Positions 35,940 to 49,354 of a stretch of DNA of 64,000 nt are shown here, one piece after another. The stretch is from NCBI RefSeq assembly GCF_963921235.1, contig NC_086098.1, positions 155,620,001-155,684,000 on the forward strand, read 5' to 3'. The DNA comes from Mobula hypostoma (taxonomy: Eukaryota). How positions within the stretch are numbered: position 1 is the first letter of the stretch; each line of letters starts with the position of its first letter. Under the pieces are notes generated by a model. It was not told the DNA's origin. It searched no databases and saw only the letters and a program-made list of their open reading frames with translations. Position numbers and translations under genes: made by a program.

Positions 35940-38005
35940 TTATCTTGAATGACAAGCGACTGAAACTTCTTGACCAACCTCCCAGAGGGATTTTGCCAAA
36001 TCCCTTGCTAACTCCATGTAGACAAGATCTACTGGCTTGCCTTCATCAACGTTCCCAATAACTTCCTGGAGAAACTCGATAAGATTGATTAGGCCTGACC
36101 TATCACGCAGAAAGCCAAGCTGACTATCCTTATCCCGTCTCTGTCTATCCAAATTCTCATATATCCGGTTCCTCGGAGTACCTTCCAATAACTTTCCCAC
36201 TACAAATGTCAGGCTCATCGGCCGATAATTTCCTTGTTAATTTTTAGAGACGTTCTTCAACAGTAGAACCATATTAGCTATTCTGCAATTCTCCAGTACC
36301 TCACCTGTCACTAAGGATGATTCAAATATTCCTGTTAAGCCTGTGTAGTTTCTGAAGTTGGTTCCCACAGGGTCCGAATGAATACATCGTCAGGCTCCGG
36401 GGATCTATTCACCCTAATTTGCCTCAAGACAGCAAAAACCTCCTCTTTTGTAATCTGTCTAAGGTCCAGGAACTCGCTGATGCTTTCCCTCACCCCCGTA
36501 GATTATGCGTCCGTTTTTCGAGTAAATACACATGCAAAAAATAGTCCATTTAAGATCTGCCTCATCCCTTTTCGATCAACGTATAGATTGCCATTCTGAC
36601 TTTCCAGAGGACCAGCTGTAATCCCTTTGCTCATAACAGTTCTATAGAATACTGTAGGATTCTTCTTCACCTTGTCTGCTAGGACAACCATATGTCTTCT
36701 TTTAGCACTTCTGATTTCTTTCAAGTGTTCTCCTGCATTTCTTACACCACGTAAGCACCTCATATGTTTCCACCCGCCTATATCTGCTATGCACTTCCTT
36801 TTTGTTGTTAACCCGGGCCTCCCTATTTCTTGCAAGCCAAGGTTCCCTAGACCTGCTCCCTTTAACTTTTATCACGATAGGCACATACTCTCAAAATTTC
36901 ACTTTTTTAAGACCTCACACTAACCAAGTACGCCTTTCCTAGAAAACAGCCTGTCTCATTCTACACTTGCCAGACCCTTTCTGATGCCATCAAAATTGGC
37001 CTTTCTCCAAATTAGGTACGCATGCTCAACAAACTGTAAAGATGTGAATAAGAGGAAGTAAGAAGAAACCAATGGGTGGACTGACTTCTCAAACTTCCGC
37101 TAATGCCCCAGCTCCCCCTCGTACACCATCTGTTATTTATTTATATACACATTGTTTCTCTCTCTCTCCTTTTTCTCCCTCTGTCCCTCTGACTATACCC
37201 CTTGACCATCCTCTGGGGTTTCCCCCCTCCCCCTTTTCTTTCTCCCTGGGCCTCCTGTCCCATGATCCTCTCATATCCTTTTTGTGAATCAACTGTCCAG
37301 CTCCTGGCTCCATCCCCTTTCCACTCCTGTCTTCTCCTATCATTTTGGATCTCCCCCTCCCCCTCCCACTTTCAGATCTCTTACTAGCTCTTCTTTCAGT
37401 TACTCCTGATGAAGCGTCTCGGCCCGAAACATCGACTGTTCTTCTTCCTAGAGATACTGCCTGGCCTGCTGCGTTCACCAGCAACTTTGATGTGTGTTGC
37501 TGGACTGCATGTCACTTTATGCTCACTTCGTCAATTGGCATGGATAATTCCACTTCAAGAGTGAATCAATAGTGTAAGTCTCTGTTACGTGGGGAATAGA
37601 CTGAGATGAACAGTCAATCTTCTATGCAGATGATTCCGTGGTTTGGAGGATCATCGAGTTGCGAAGGCGTTTATAGCTTTACCTGTCTCAAATATGTTTC
37701 TGGCATTGAACGAAAAGTCTAGTTTCCAACGCCATCTCCCACAGAATGAAGTGCTGCAGTGTCGCTCCTTAATGCCGCCTTGCTTTGTCAGTGTCTAATG
37801 CGTACAAGTACTTATGCTATCAAAAATCACTTAAATAATTTCATAATAAGGGACATTTCTAGGTTTAATGTCTTTGACAAGCTTACTATTAAAGGTCTCT
37901 CTCTGAGCTAATTAATTGGTTTTTATCCAGTTTCTTTCAGCTAACGCGGGTATTAGTGTCAGGGGAATCAGACTGATTAACTCATGCTAATTTGAATATA
38001 TTTAA
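35940..38005 (+). repeat. Ghost cluster A: paralog of the cluster A upstream region (about 16060-17750)
   Basis: Collinear blocks include gatgtgaataagaggaagta..gggtggactg, tccgtggtttggag.atcatc, cagaatgaagt.ctgcagtg and tttaatgtcttt..caagct. The similarity stops at a CR1 tail. Confidence 0.8.
37084..37500 (+). mobile_element. Penelope-like 3'/terminal-repeat fragment
   Basis: Same sequence as 2535-2950 (reverse) and 49570-49985, with a TGGACTG direct repeat at 37077-37083/37501-37507. The site is empty in the paralog at about 17237. Confidence 0.85.
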
Positions 38006-41000
38006 GACCATGAGACCATAAGACAAAGGAGCAGAAGTCGGCCATTCGGCCATCGAGTCTGCTCCGCCATTTTATCATGAGCTGATCCATTTTATCCTAT
38101 TTAGTCCCACTGCCCCACCTTCTCACCATAACCTTTGATGCCCTGGCTACTCAGATACCTATCAATCTCTGCCTTAAATACACACAATGACTTGTCCTCC
38201 ACTGCTGCCCGTGGCAACAAATTCCATATATTCACCACCCTCCGTCTAAAAAGATTTCTTCGCATTTCTGTTCTGAATGGGCGCCCTTCAATCCTTAATT
38301 TGTGCCCTCTCGTACTAGACTCTCCCATCATGGGAAACAACTTTGCCACATCCACTCTATCCATGCCTTTCAACATTCGAAATGTTTCTGTGAGGTCTCC
38401 CCTCATTTTTCTAAACTCCAAGGAATACAGTCCAAGAGCGGACAAACGTTCCTCATATGTTAACCCGCTCATTTCCGGAATCATCCAGTGAATCTTCTCT
38501 GTGCCCTCTCCAACGTCAGCAAATCATTTCTTAAATAAGGACATCAAAACTGCCCACAGTACTCCAAGTGAGGTCTCACCAGCGCCTTATAGAGCCTCAA
38601 CATCACATCCCTATACTCCTATACTCTATTCCTCTAGAAATGAATGCCAACATTGCATTCGCCTTCTTCACTACCGACTCAACCTGGAGGTTAACTTTAA
38701 GGGTATCCTGTACGAGGGCTCCCAAGTCCCGTTGCATCTCAGAACTTTGAATTCTTTCCCCATTTAAATAATAGTCTGCCCGTTTATTTCTTCTGCCAAA
38801 GTGCATAACCATACACTTTCCAACATTGTATTTCATTTGCCACTTCTTTGCCCATTCTTCCAATCTATCCAAGTCTCTCTGCAGACTCTCTGTTTCCTCA
38901 GCACTACCGGCCCCTCCACCTATCAAGGGCATACAAGGAAGCAAAAATTAGTGGGAAGGCAGAGGACTGGGAACTTTTTAAAACCTTACAAAAGGAAACC
39001 AAGAAGGTCATTAAGAGAGAAAAGATTAACTATGAAAGGAAGCTAGCAAATAATATCAAAGAGGATACTAAAAGCTTTTTCAAGTATATAAAGAGTAAAA
39101 GACAGGTGAGAGTAGATATAGGACCGATAGAAATGATGCTGGAGAAATTGTAATTGGAGATAAGCAGATGGCAGAGGAATTGAACGAGTATTTTGCATCA
39201 GTCTTCACTGAGGAAGACACCAGCAGTATACCGGACACTCAAGGGTGGCAGGGAAGAGAAGTGTGCACAGTCACAATTACGACAGAGAAATTACTCAGGA
39301 AGCTGAATAGTCTAAAGGTGGATAAATCTCCTGGACCAGATGGAATGCACCCTTGTGTTCTGAAGGAAGTAGCTGTGGAGACTGCGGAGGCATTAGCGAT
39401 GATCTTTCAAAAGTCGATAGATTCTGGCATGGTTCCGGAGGACTGGAAGATTGCAAATGTCACTCCGCTATTTAAGAAGGGGGCAAGGAAGCAAAAAAGG
39501 AAATTATAGACCTGTTAGCTTGACATCGGTGGTTGGGAAGTTGTTGGAGTCGATTGTCAAGGATGAGGTTACAGAGTACCTGGAGGCATATGACAACTTA
39601 GGCAGAACTCAGCATGGATTCCTTAAAGGAAAATCCTGCCCGACAAACCTATTACAATTTTTTGAGGAAATTACCAGTAGGCTAGACAAAGGAGATGCTG
39701 TGGATGTTGTATATTTGGATTTTCAGAAGGCCTTTGACAAGGTGCCACACATGAGGCTACTTAACAAGATAAGAACCCATGGAATTACGGGAAAGTTGCA
39801 TACGTGGATAGAGCATTGGCTGATTGGCAGGAAACAGAGAGTGGGAATAAAGGGTTCCTATTCTGGTTGGCTGCCGGTTACCAGTGGTGTTCCACAGGGG
39901 TCCGTGCTGGGGCCGCTTCTTTTTACATTGTACATCAAGGATTTAGATTATGGAATAGATGGCTTTGTGGCTAATTTTGCTGACGATACGAAGATAGGTG
40001 GAGGGGCCAGTAGTGCTGAGGAAACTGAGAGTCTGCAGAGATACTTGGATAGATTGGAAGAATGGGCAAAGAAGTGGCAAATGAAGTACAATGTTGGAAA
40101 GTGTTTGGTTATGCACTTTGGCAGAAAAAATAAACGGGCAGACTATTATTTAAATGGAGAAAGAATTCAAAGTTCTGAGATTCAACGGGACTTTGGAGTC
40201 CACGTACCGGATACCCTTAAAGTTAACCTCCAGGTTGAGTCGGCAGTGAAAAAGGCGAATGCAATGTTGACATTCATTTCTAGAGGAATAGAGTATAGGA
40301 GCAGGGATGTGATGTTGAGGCTCTATAAGGCGCTGGTGAGACCTCATTTGGAGTACTGTGGGCAGTTTTGGTCTCCTTATTTAAGAAAGGATGTGTTGGA
40401 GAGGGTACAGAGAAGATGCACTAGAATGATTCCGGGAATGAGAGGGTTAACATATGAGGAACGTTTGTCCGCTCTTGGACTGTATTCCTTGGATATAGAA
40501 GAATGAGGGGAGACCTCATAGAAACATTTCGAATGTTAAAAGGCATGGACAGAGTGGATGTGGCAAAGTTGTTTCCCATGATGGGGGAGTCTCGTACGAG
40601 AGGGCATGACTTTAGGATTGAAGGGCGCCCATTCAGAACAGAAATGCGAAGGAATTTTTTTAGTAAGAGGGTGGTGAATCTATGGAACTTGTTGCCACGG
40701 GCAGCAGTGGAGGCCAAATCATTGGGTGTATTTAAGGCAGAGATTGATAGGTATCCGAGTAGCCAGGGTATCAAAGGTTATGGTGAGAGGCGGGGGAGTG
40801 GAACTAAATAGGAGAATGGATCAGCTCATGATAAAATGTTGGAGCAGAGTCGATGGGCTGAATGGCCTACTTCTAATCCTTTCTCTTATGGTCTTATGGT
40901 CTTATGGTCTATCTTCGTATCGTCAGCAAAATTAGCCACAAAGCCATCTATTCCATAATCTAAATCCTTGATGTACAATGTAAAAAGAAGCGGCCCCAGC

Positions 41001-43143
41001 ACGGACCCCTGTGGAGCACCACTGGTAACTGGCAGCCAACCAGAATAGGAACCCTTTATTCCCACTCTCTGTTTCCTGCCAATCAGCCAATGCTCTATCC
41101 ACGTATGCAACTTTCCCGTAATTCCATGGGCTCTTATCTTGTTAAGTAGCCTCATGTGTGGCACCTTGTCAAAGGCCTTCTGAAAATCCAAATATACAAC
41201 ATCCACTGCATCTCCCTCGTCTAGCCTACTGGTAATTTCCTCAAAAAATTGTAATAGGTTTGTCAGGCAGGATTTTCCTTTAAGGAATCCATGCTGAGTT
41301 CTGCCTAAGTTGTCATATGCCTCCAGGTACTCTGTAACCTCATCCTTGACAATCGACTCCAACAACTTCCCAACCACCGATGTCAAGCTAACAGGTCTAT
41401 AATTTCCTTTTTGCTTCCTTGCTCCCTTCTTAAATAGCGGAGTGACGTTTGCAATCTTCCAGTCTTCCGGAACCACGCCAGAATCTATCAACTTTTGAAA
41501 GATCATCACTAATGCCTCCGCAATCTCCACAGCTACTTCCTTCACAAGACGAGGGTGCATTACATATGGTCCGGGAGATTTATCTACCTTTAGACTATTC
41601 AGCTTCCTGAGTACTTTCTCTGTCGTAATTGTGACCGCGCGCACTTCTCTGCCCTGCCACCCTTGAGTGTCCGGTATACTGCTGATGTCTTCCTCAGTGA
41701 AGACTGATGCAAAATACTCGTTCAGTTCCTCCGCTATCTCCTTATCTCCCATTACAATTTCTCCAGCATCATTTTCTATCGGTCCTATATCTACTCTCAC
41801 CTGTCTTTTACTCTTTATATACTTGAAAAAGCTTTTAGTATCCTCTTTGATATTATTTGCTAGCTTCCTTTCATAGTTAATCTTTTCCCTCTTAATGACC
41901 TTAGTTTCCTTTTGTAAGCTTTTAAAAACTTCCCAATCCTCTGTCTTCCCACTAATGTTTGCTTCCTTGTATGCCGTCTCCTTTGCTTTAACTTTGGCTT
42001 TGACTTCTCTTCTCAACCACGGTTGCATCCTTTTTCCATTCGAAAATTTCTTCATTTACCTGCCTTGCACCTTCCTCACTTCTCGCACAAACTCCAGCCA
42101 CTGCTGCTCTGTCGTCTTTCCTGCCAGTGTCCCTTTCCAGTCAGCTTTGGCCAGTTCCTCTCTCATGGCACTGTAATTTCCTTTATTCCACTGAAATACC
42201 AACACATCAGATTTCGGCTTCTCTTTTTCTAATTTCACTGTGAATTCAATCATGTTATGATCACTGGCCCCTAAGGGTTCCTTCACCTCAATCTCTCTAA
42301 TCACCTCCGGTTCATTACGCAATACCCAATCCAGTACAGCCGATCCCCTAGTGGGCTCAACAACAAGCTGTTCTAAAAAGCCATCTCGCAGACATTCTAC
42401 AAACTCTCTCTTTTGAGATCCATTGCCGACCTGATTTTCCCAATCCACTCGCATGTTAAAATCCCGCACAATTATCATAACACTGCCCTTCTGACAAGCC
42501 TTTTCTATTTCCTGTTGTAATTTGTAGTCCACATCACTGCAGCTGTTTGGAGGCCTATAAATAACTGCCATCAGGGTCCTTTTACCCCTGTGATTTCTTA
42601 GCTCAACCCATAAAGATTCTGCACCTTCCGAACCTATATCACCTCTTTCTAATGATTTAATATCATTTCTTATCAATAAAACCACGCCTCCGTCTCTGCC
42701 TACCTTCCTATCCTTCCGATACACCGTGTATCCTTGGACGTTCAGCTCCCAGAGACATGCGTCCTTTAGCCACGTCTCAGTGATGGCCACAATATCATAT
42801 CTGCCAATCTGTAGCTGTACAAAAAGATCATCCACCTTATTCCTTCTGCTGCGTGCATTTAAGTATAACACCTTAAGACCAGTATTTGGTACTTTTCGCT
42901 TTGATTTCACGGCAACTTTATTGCACTGCAACTCATCCCAATGGCTACAAATTTGCCCCATCAGCTGCCTGTCTTTCCTGACATCTTTACTGCTCACTAT
43001 CTTAGATTTATTTCTGTTTTCCCCTTCCTCCGCTCTGTCATTCCGGTTCCCATCCCCCTGCCAAATTAGTTTAATCTCTCCCTAACAGCTCTATTAAACT
43101 TTCCCGCCAGGATATTGGTCCCCTTCGGGTTCAGATGCAACCC
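38006..43143 (-). mobile_element. Near full-ORF2 CR1 LINE (APE endonuclease + RT) split by an antisense CR1
   Basis: APE motifs KVLYLNARS and IVAITETWL (42056-42997), then RT to FADDTKI (40886-42055). Coding continues GGGAGSAEE from 38924, and a (ttatggtc)-type tail lies at 38006. Confidence 0.92.
38925..40908 (+). mobile_element. 5'-truncated CR1 of the same family inserted antisense just after the host ADD motif
   Basis: ORFs 38848-39153, 39168-39509 and 39451-40506, a (ttatggtc)3 tail, and a CTATC TSD at 38920-38924/40909-40913. Confidence 0.9.
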
Positions 43144-43269
43144 GTCCTTTTTATTTCATTTCTATGTTACATTGACTGTTCTATTTTAGAAACGTAGGAA
43201 CATAGAAAACCTACAGCACAATACAGGCCCTTTGGCCTACAAAGTTGTGCCGAACATGCCCTCTATTTT

Positions 43270-45230
43270 TCTGAACACTGACAGGGCCAGGACAGCACGA
43301 GCTTGATAGAAATTAAAGCTCCTACCCTGCCCGTCAGTGAATATTCGTCCTCAACTGGCGATGGAGAATTCTGCGGCAGCACCCAAGCCTAAAAGTAAAT
43401 ATAGAATATGTTTAAGTGCTCCACTGTTTCTTTTCCAGCATCAGAATCGCTTTCCAATTAGAAAATGAGGCTTGGCAAGCAATTGAAGGGGCGCTTTGGG
43501 GCCATAATTCCATTAGATTTTAAAGGAATTTTGAAAAAGAGATAGGGGCAGTTCACAAGTTAAAGACCTAAATTGGAGCAGAGCAAAATTTGATGGGATT
43601 AGTCCGGAACTCTCTCAGAGAAGCTGTTAGCAAGTATAGCGAAGTTTAGCAAGTCGGAAGCTTTTGAAGGTGAGATACAGAGGATTCAGGGCAAACATGT
43701 TCTTGTCAGAGTGAAAGGCAAGGTGGGTGGGATTCACAAATGCTGCCTGATGGAGAAACATTGAGGTTCTGCTGATGAAGAATGTATAGCCAGCTGGGAT
43801 CAATCAAATACTGTGTGGAAAATAAGGAGTGTAGCTCCAGTTAGTGAAGAAATCAAGAGCGAATAGAGGACATAAGATATCCTTACAGATAAGTTCATCC
43901 TAAAAGATCCTTTAAGTATATAAAGAACAGAAATGTAGCTGGGGAGATAAAAGGTCCACTTGAGGATTAATCTGATCATTAAGGTGTTGAGCCTCAGGTG
44001 ACAGATGAGGACTTAAATGAATACTTCTACTCTACACTAAAGTGGAAAAGTCATGGAAGCAAGCAAAACCAAAGACGAGCACAGTGATGCCCTAAAGGAT
44101 AAAATTATTGTACAAAATGGGCGGTTAGTGTTTTTGAGGAAGATAATGGTGACTAAATCCCGGGATCTTGCTATCTATGTCCCAAAACGTGTCGTAAGCT
44201 TGGGAACAACCTGCTGGGACCTTTGCAGAGTCTTTTGTATCTTCGTTCGCCACAAGTGTGGTTTCGGAAACCTAAGGTTGGCTGATGTTGCATCTTTTTA
44301 TAAGGAAAACCACAAGGATAAGGTACGGAACAACACTAGCCGGCGAATTAGTGGTGGGAACGTTTCTGCAGGTGATTCTGCGAGACGAGATCTATATGCA
44401 TTTCGAAAGGCAAGGAATGGATAGGAATAGTTATTATGTTTTCGTGCGTGAACAATCATGCCTACCGAACTTACATGGCTGTTTTGAAGAAATGACTAAA
44501 ATTATTGACTTGGACAGTATTTGACCACATGGAACGGACTTTTGAATTATCATGAACGACTGGGATAAATTTGATCTGCTTTCCTTACACGCAACGGTAT
44601 TGATGTAAGGTCAGACGGGAAAATTAAAGGGCATCTGTGGATAAATTTTAATCACAAAGGCTGTGAGTATGTGGATACACCTGCCAGAGAACGTGGTAGG
44701 CGCTACAAGTATTACAAAGTTTAAGAGACGTCTGGAAATTTTGCATCAATAGGAAGAGTTTGAAGAGATACAGGGCAAATATAGGTGAATGGGTCCGGCT
44801 CAAGAAGATACTTTATTCAGCATCGACGAAATGGGTCGAAGAATTTTAGAGTTGATCGCCATGGAGTGATAAATGCCTTCTGCATTGGTGGTTCTTAACG
44901 TAGGAATGCACACCAGAGTGCAATTGTTTGAAAGTCGCCTTTTCTGTCTTCATGGCATGGAATTGGGAGAGAGCTGAAGGTGGAAGGCCGAAGAAAGCGA
45001 ATGCTCGTGTGTCTGATTGCGCACGAATTTCGAGGTGTGCGAACAGCACTCTGTCTTTGCTCAGGTATCCTGGGTCATCTTGTTAAAACCCACGCAGCAG
45101 AGTAACCTCCAGTCTTGTATGGTTATGTATTTAGATCACGCATCTGTCTGTGAAGACCACAAGGTAGTTGCTGCGCCACCGGTAATCCGGTAATAAATGT
45201 TATATAAGACGGACACAGAGTGAAACCAAA
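43270..45230 (+). repeat. Ghost cluster A: paralog of the distal J-C intron of cluster A (about 21210-23090)
   Basis: Collinear blocks include cctac.ctgcccgtcagt, gtggaaaagtcat.gaagc, cagcatcgacgaa, gagagctgaaggtggaagg and tttagatcac..ctgtgaagacc. No C exon follows. Confidence 0.8.
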
Positions 45231-45279
45231 CAGTAGTGTCTTCACAGACGTGCAGGTGCTTACTGGCAACGTAGAGTAG

Positions 45280-46225
45280 ATGTATCCTCAGGGGCTGAAA
45301 AAGTGTTCTCGGAACTTGAGAAAGGCTAGTCAAGGAAGTGCAGGGGACCTAGCAAATATATTTAAAAGGTCCTCAGCCTCAGCCGCGGGTAGCTAATCTT
45401 GTTCCGTTGCACAATATGCTCTCCAAGAATATGATTGGCAATAATAGGCCGGTGAGCCTGACGTTATTTGTAGGCAGGTTGTTGCATTGGATTCTGAGGG
45501 ATCAGATTTATAGGCATTTGGTGAAAAGCAGACACTAATTAGGAATAGTCAACATGGATTTGTGCTTGCTGGGTCAAACCTAACCAATCTTAGAGAGATT
45601 TTCGAGAACTTTATCAAGAGGTTTAACGAAGGAAAGACAGTGGATATTGCCTACATGGACTATGGCAAGGCCGATGACTAGGCTCCATATGGGAGGTTGT
45701 GATTAAGGTTAGGTCGCTTGGCAACCAGGTAGTAATCTGGATCAGACATTGGCTTCACTGGAAAAGCCAGAGAGTTCTAGTCGAAGTTTGCCTCTCTGAG
45801 TGGAGGCCTGTGACCAGTGGTGTACCACAGGGATGGGTGTTGTGTCCGTTGTTGTTTGTTATCTATATCAACGATCCGAATCATAACGTCATAAACTAGG
45901 CCATCAGATTTGTGGATAACAGCAAGACTGGGGACGTAGTGAACAGCGAGTAAGGCCATTGAAACTTGCAGCGGATTCTGGAGCCGCTGGAAAAAATAGG
46001 CTGAAAATGGCAGATGGTGATTATTGCAGACGATGTGAGGTGTTGTACTTTGTGAGAACAATCCAGGTAGGACTTTCAGGATGAGAGGTAGGCACTGAGG
46101 AGTACGGTAGAGCAGAAGGAATGCAGGTCCATCATGTCTTCAAAGTGGCGTCGTCGGTAAATAGGGCCGTAAAGAGAGATTTGGCATATTAGCCTTCGTA
46201 GATCAAAGTAATTATTGCATATAAG
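45280..46225 (-). repeat. Ghost cluster B: paralog of the cluster B 3' flank (about 54475-55400)
   Basis: The same decayed CR1 with shared private features (aggggctgaaaaagtgttctcggaac, cctcagcctcagccg..gtagctaat, cgatccgaatcataa). Confidence 0.8.
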
Positions 46226-48567
46226 ACGCAAACAAATTCACTACTGCGAAGCCTCTTCCGGTGAGGCCTACACCGAAGAAGTTTAGATCCTCTCTTCGAC
46301 GGGAGTTCAGTGAAACCATCTCTCACTGCTCCCCATCTGTAATTTTTTCGGCTCTTCAACTTTTCGACCACACTTTTACTCAGACTCGCTATCGTTGCCA
46401 TATATCCTTTCTTGGAACGTGCCTCCGTCGCCAACTTACTCCAGTTGGCTTTAGGATTCGTTTCCGATCCTCACAATTTGGACCTTCTGAGGATCCCAGG
46501 TACTCACATTTTATTGACTCTGCTTCTCGCCGCTTCTCCCGTCGAGCTCTGAAGGCGACTCTCTCCGCCATGAGGAGGTATTTGGTGTCCTTATCCCAGA
46601 CCCTTCCACACCTTCGGGACACTTTCTTCGCCGTCTGTAATGGTCCTACCCGTTATTTCATCTTCCGTCGGATTCACGCCAGCAATCACCGTTTTTTTTG
46701 ACTTTGTCATGTTAGGCAAAGATCGCAAGATCCTACATCTACGGACTCTAGAGCCTGCCGGCCCCGACGCTAGCAGGCATGAACTTCAGATTGCCTCTGC
46801 CATTGATCTCGCCGGCTCCAACACCTCAGGGCATATTCAAAACCCGGACTCTAGCAACGACCATCGATACCTTCAAAGTGATTGCGCAACCACCAACTGC
46901 GACTCCAGCTTTGAAATCCAGGCCGGGTCTTTATGTGCTGCTATTGTGACTCCCGTCTCCTCTTCCCCCACCAATACTCTGCAATCCCATCTCCTTCAGA
47001 TCCCATCGTCAGCTCCTGGGTCCTCAGAGGCTCCATCTTCCTCTCACTCCAACCCTCCCCTCTCCATTGACACCCCCAGTCTCCCCCCTCCCCCCTCTGA
47101 TCCCAGCTGTCATCCGTGCTGGGTCTTTACCATCCCCTCCGACCTTCAACTGTCGGAGGCAGAACGCTCTGTTCTCAGTAAGGGCCTCACCTTTGCCCTC
47201 CTTCGCCCACACCTCAGCGAGTTCCGGGTTCGCCATTATGCGGAACTCTTCTTCCGCCGTCTCCGTCTCCGAGCCTACTTCTTCGGCAAGGACTCTTCCA
47301 CCCCCACCGATGACCCCTTCTCCCGTCTTCAACCCTCCTCTTCTTCATGGACACCCCGCTCTGGTCTTCTGCCTGCTCTGGATCTCTTTATCGCTAACTG
47401 CCGACGGGACATCAACCGTCTCGACTTCACCGCCCCTTGTCCTCATTCCAACCTCACTCTTTCGGAACGCTCTGCTCTTCACTCCCTCCGCACTAATCCT
47501 AACATTATTATTAAACCCGCCGATAAGGGGGCTGCTGTTGTAGTCTGGCGTACTGACCTCTACCTTGCCGATGCACAACGACAACTCGCGGATACCTCCT
47601 CTTATTTACCCCTCGATCGTGACCCCACTAAGGAGCACCAGGGCATTGTCTCCCACACCATCACCGACTTTATCCGCTCAGGGGATCTCCCATTCACTGC
47701 TACCAACCTTATAGTTCCCACACCCCGCACTTCCGTTTCTACCTCCTACCCAAGATCCACAAACCTGCCTGTCCTGGCCGACCTATTGTCTCAGCTTGCT
47801 CCTGCCCCACCGAACTCGTTTCTGCATACCTCGACACTGTTTTATCACCCCTTGTTCAATCCCTTCCGACCTATGTTCGTGACACTTCTCACGCTCTTAA
47901 ACTTTTCGATGATTTTAAGTTCCCTGGCCCCCACCGCTTTATTTTCACCATGGATGTCCAGTCCTTATATACTTCCATCCCCCATCAGGAAGGTCTCAAA
48001 GCTCTACGCTTGTTTTTGGATTTCAGACCTAATCAGTGCCCCTCAACCACCACTCTGCTCCGTCTAGTGGAATTAGTCCTTACTCTTAATAATTTCTCCT
48101 TTGGCTCCTCCCACTTCCTCCAAGCTAAAGGTGTAGCTATGGTTACCCGTATGGGTGCTAGCTATGCCTGCCTTTTTGTTGGGTTTGTGGAACAATCTAT
48201 GTTCCGTGCCTATTCTGGTATCTGTCCCCCACTTTTCCTTCGCTACATCGACGACTGCATTGGCGCTGCTTCCTACACGCATGCAGAGCTCGTTGACTTT
48301 GTTAACTTTGCCTCCAACTTTCACCCTGCCCTCAAGTTTACCTGGTCCATTTCCGACACCTCCCTCCTCTTTCTAGATCTTTCTGTCTATGTGTCTGGAG
48401 ACAGCTTATCCACTGATGTCTACTATAAGCCGACTGACTCTCACAGCTATCTGGACTATTCCTCTTCTCACCCTGTCTCTTGCAAAAACGCCATCCCCTT
48501 CTCGCAATTCCTCCGTCTCCGCCGCATCTGCTCTCAGGATGAGGCTTTTCATTCTAGGACGAGGGAG
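46226..48567 (+). mobile_element. Penelope-like element (N-terminal region + RT), 3'-truncated
   Basis: ORFs 46261-46701, 46640-48067 and 47950-48636 (MDVQSLYTSIPH, LRYIDDCIG). Coding stops at HSRTRE, where the ghost B intron resumes. Confidence 0.9.
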
Positions 48568-49354
48568 AAACGATCGCTGTTTCGTGGTTCCATTTTTGAT
48601 GCAATGGCAATCTTAATGATAGATTATTTCCACTGACTTACTGCCCGGTATGCCGCAGTCGTTCAGGCAACAGTAAAGATCGTCAGCCTCTGTCTATAAA
48701 AGCCGTGGCACGCAGATACAGAAGGATTCTTCAGTGCTATTTCGGTAACAAACTTTGACCTGCCAGGGTTGTTATCCCTGAGTTGAACCTCTGATCTTGG
48801 ATGGCCGATGGACCACTGTTAGTCTGGCCTCTACCCTTTGAACTGCTGGGCATGGTTGACACTACCAAGCACCAAAGCACAAGCCCCGAACACTCGCTAA
48901 TATAGCTCTCCAGCTCAATAAGCCATACATGTATTCAAACCTTACGATAAGTTTGTGGTCTTCTTGGAGGTTTATTTCCACATGGTGACCCAGATGCATC
49001 ACGATCTTAAATTACCACAAAATTTCAGTATCACAATTGGCAGAAAGGTCTGTCTGCTATATTTGCACATATTGACATTCAAAAGTAAGAGAGAAAGAAT
49101 ACCAACAGTTGAGCACATAAAATACTAAAAGGCGTCTGCCAATAAAGATTGAGAATTTCCTTGTTAATATCTACGTTCTACTCTTCGAAGCCTGTTGTGG
49201 TCTTAGATGGCGCAAGTATGTTTCAGATTTCATTCAAGTTGAAATTTAATTCTGTACAGCAAAACACTCGAGGATTGTTTTAACATCGCTTGGCTGTTTA
49301 ATTCAAACTTTTAACTGCTCAAACTGGCGATGAAAAGAAGTTAAATATAAAATA

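Noticed and set aside
37990-37997. Octamer-like ATTTGAAT at the end of the ghost A upstream block
   Set aside because: It is a one-mismatch site, and collinearity maps it to about 17750 of cluster A rather than to the true octamer at 18562. No leader follows.
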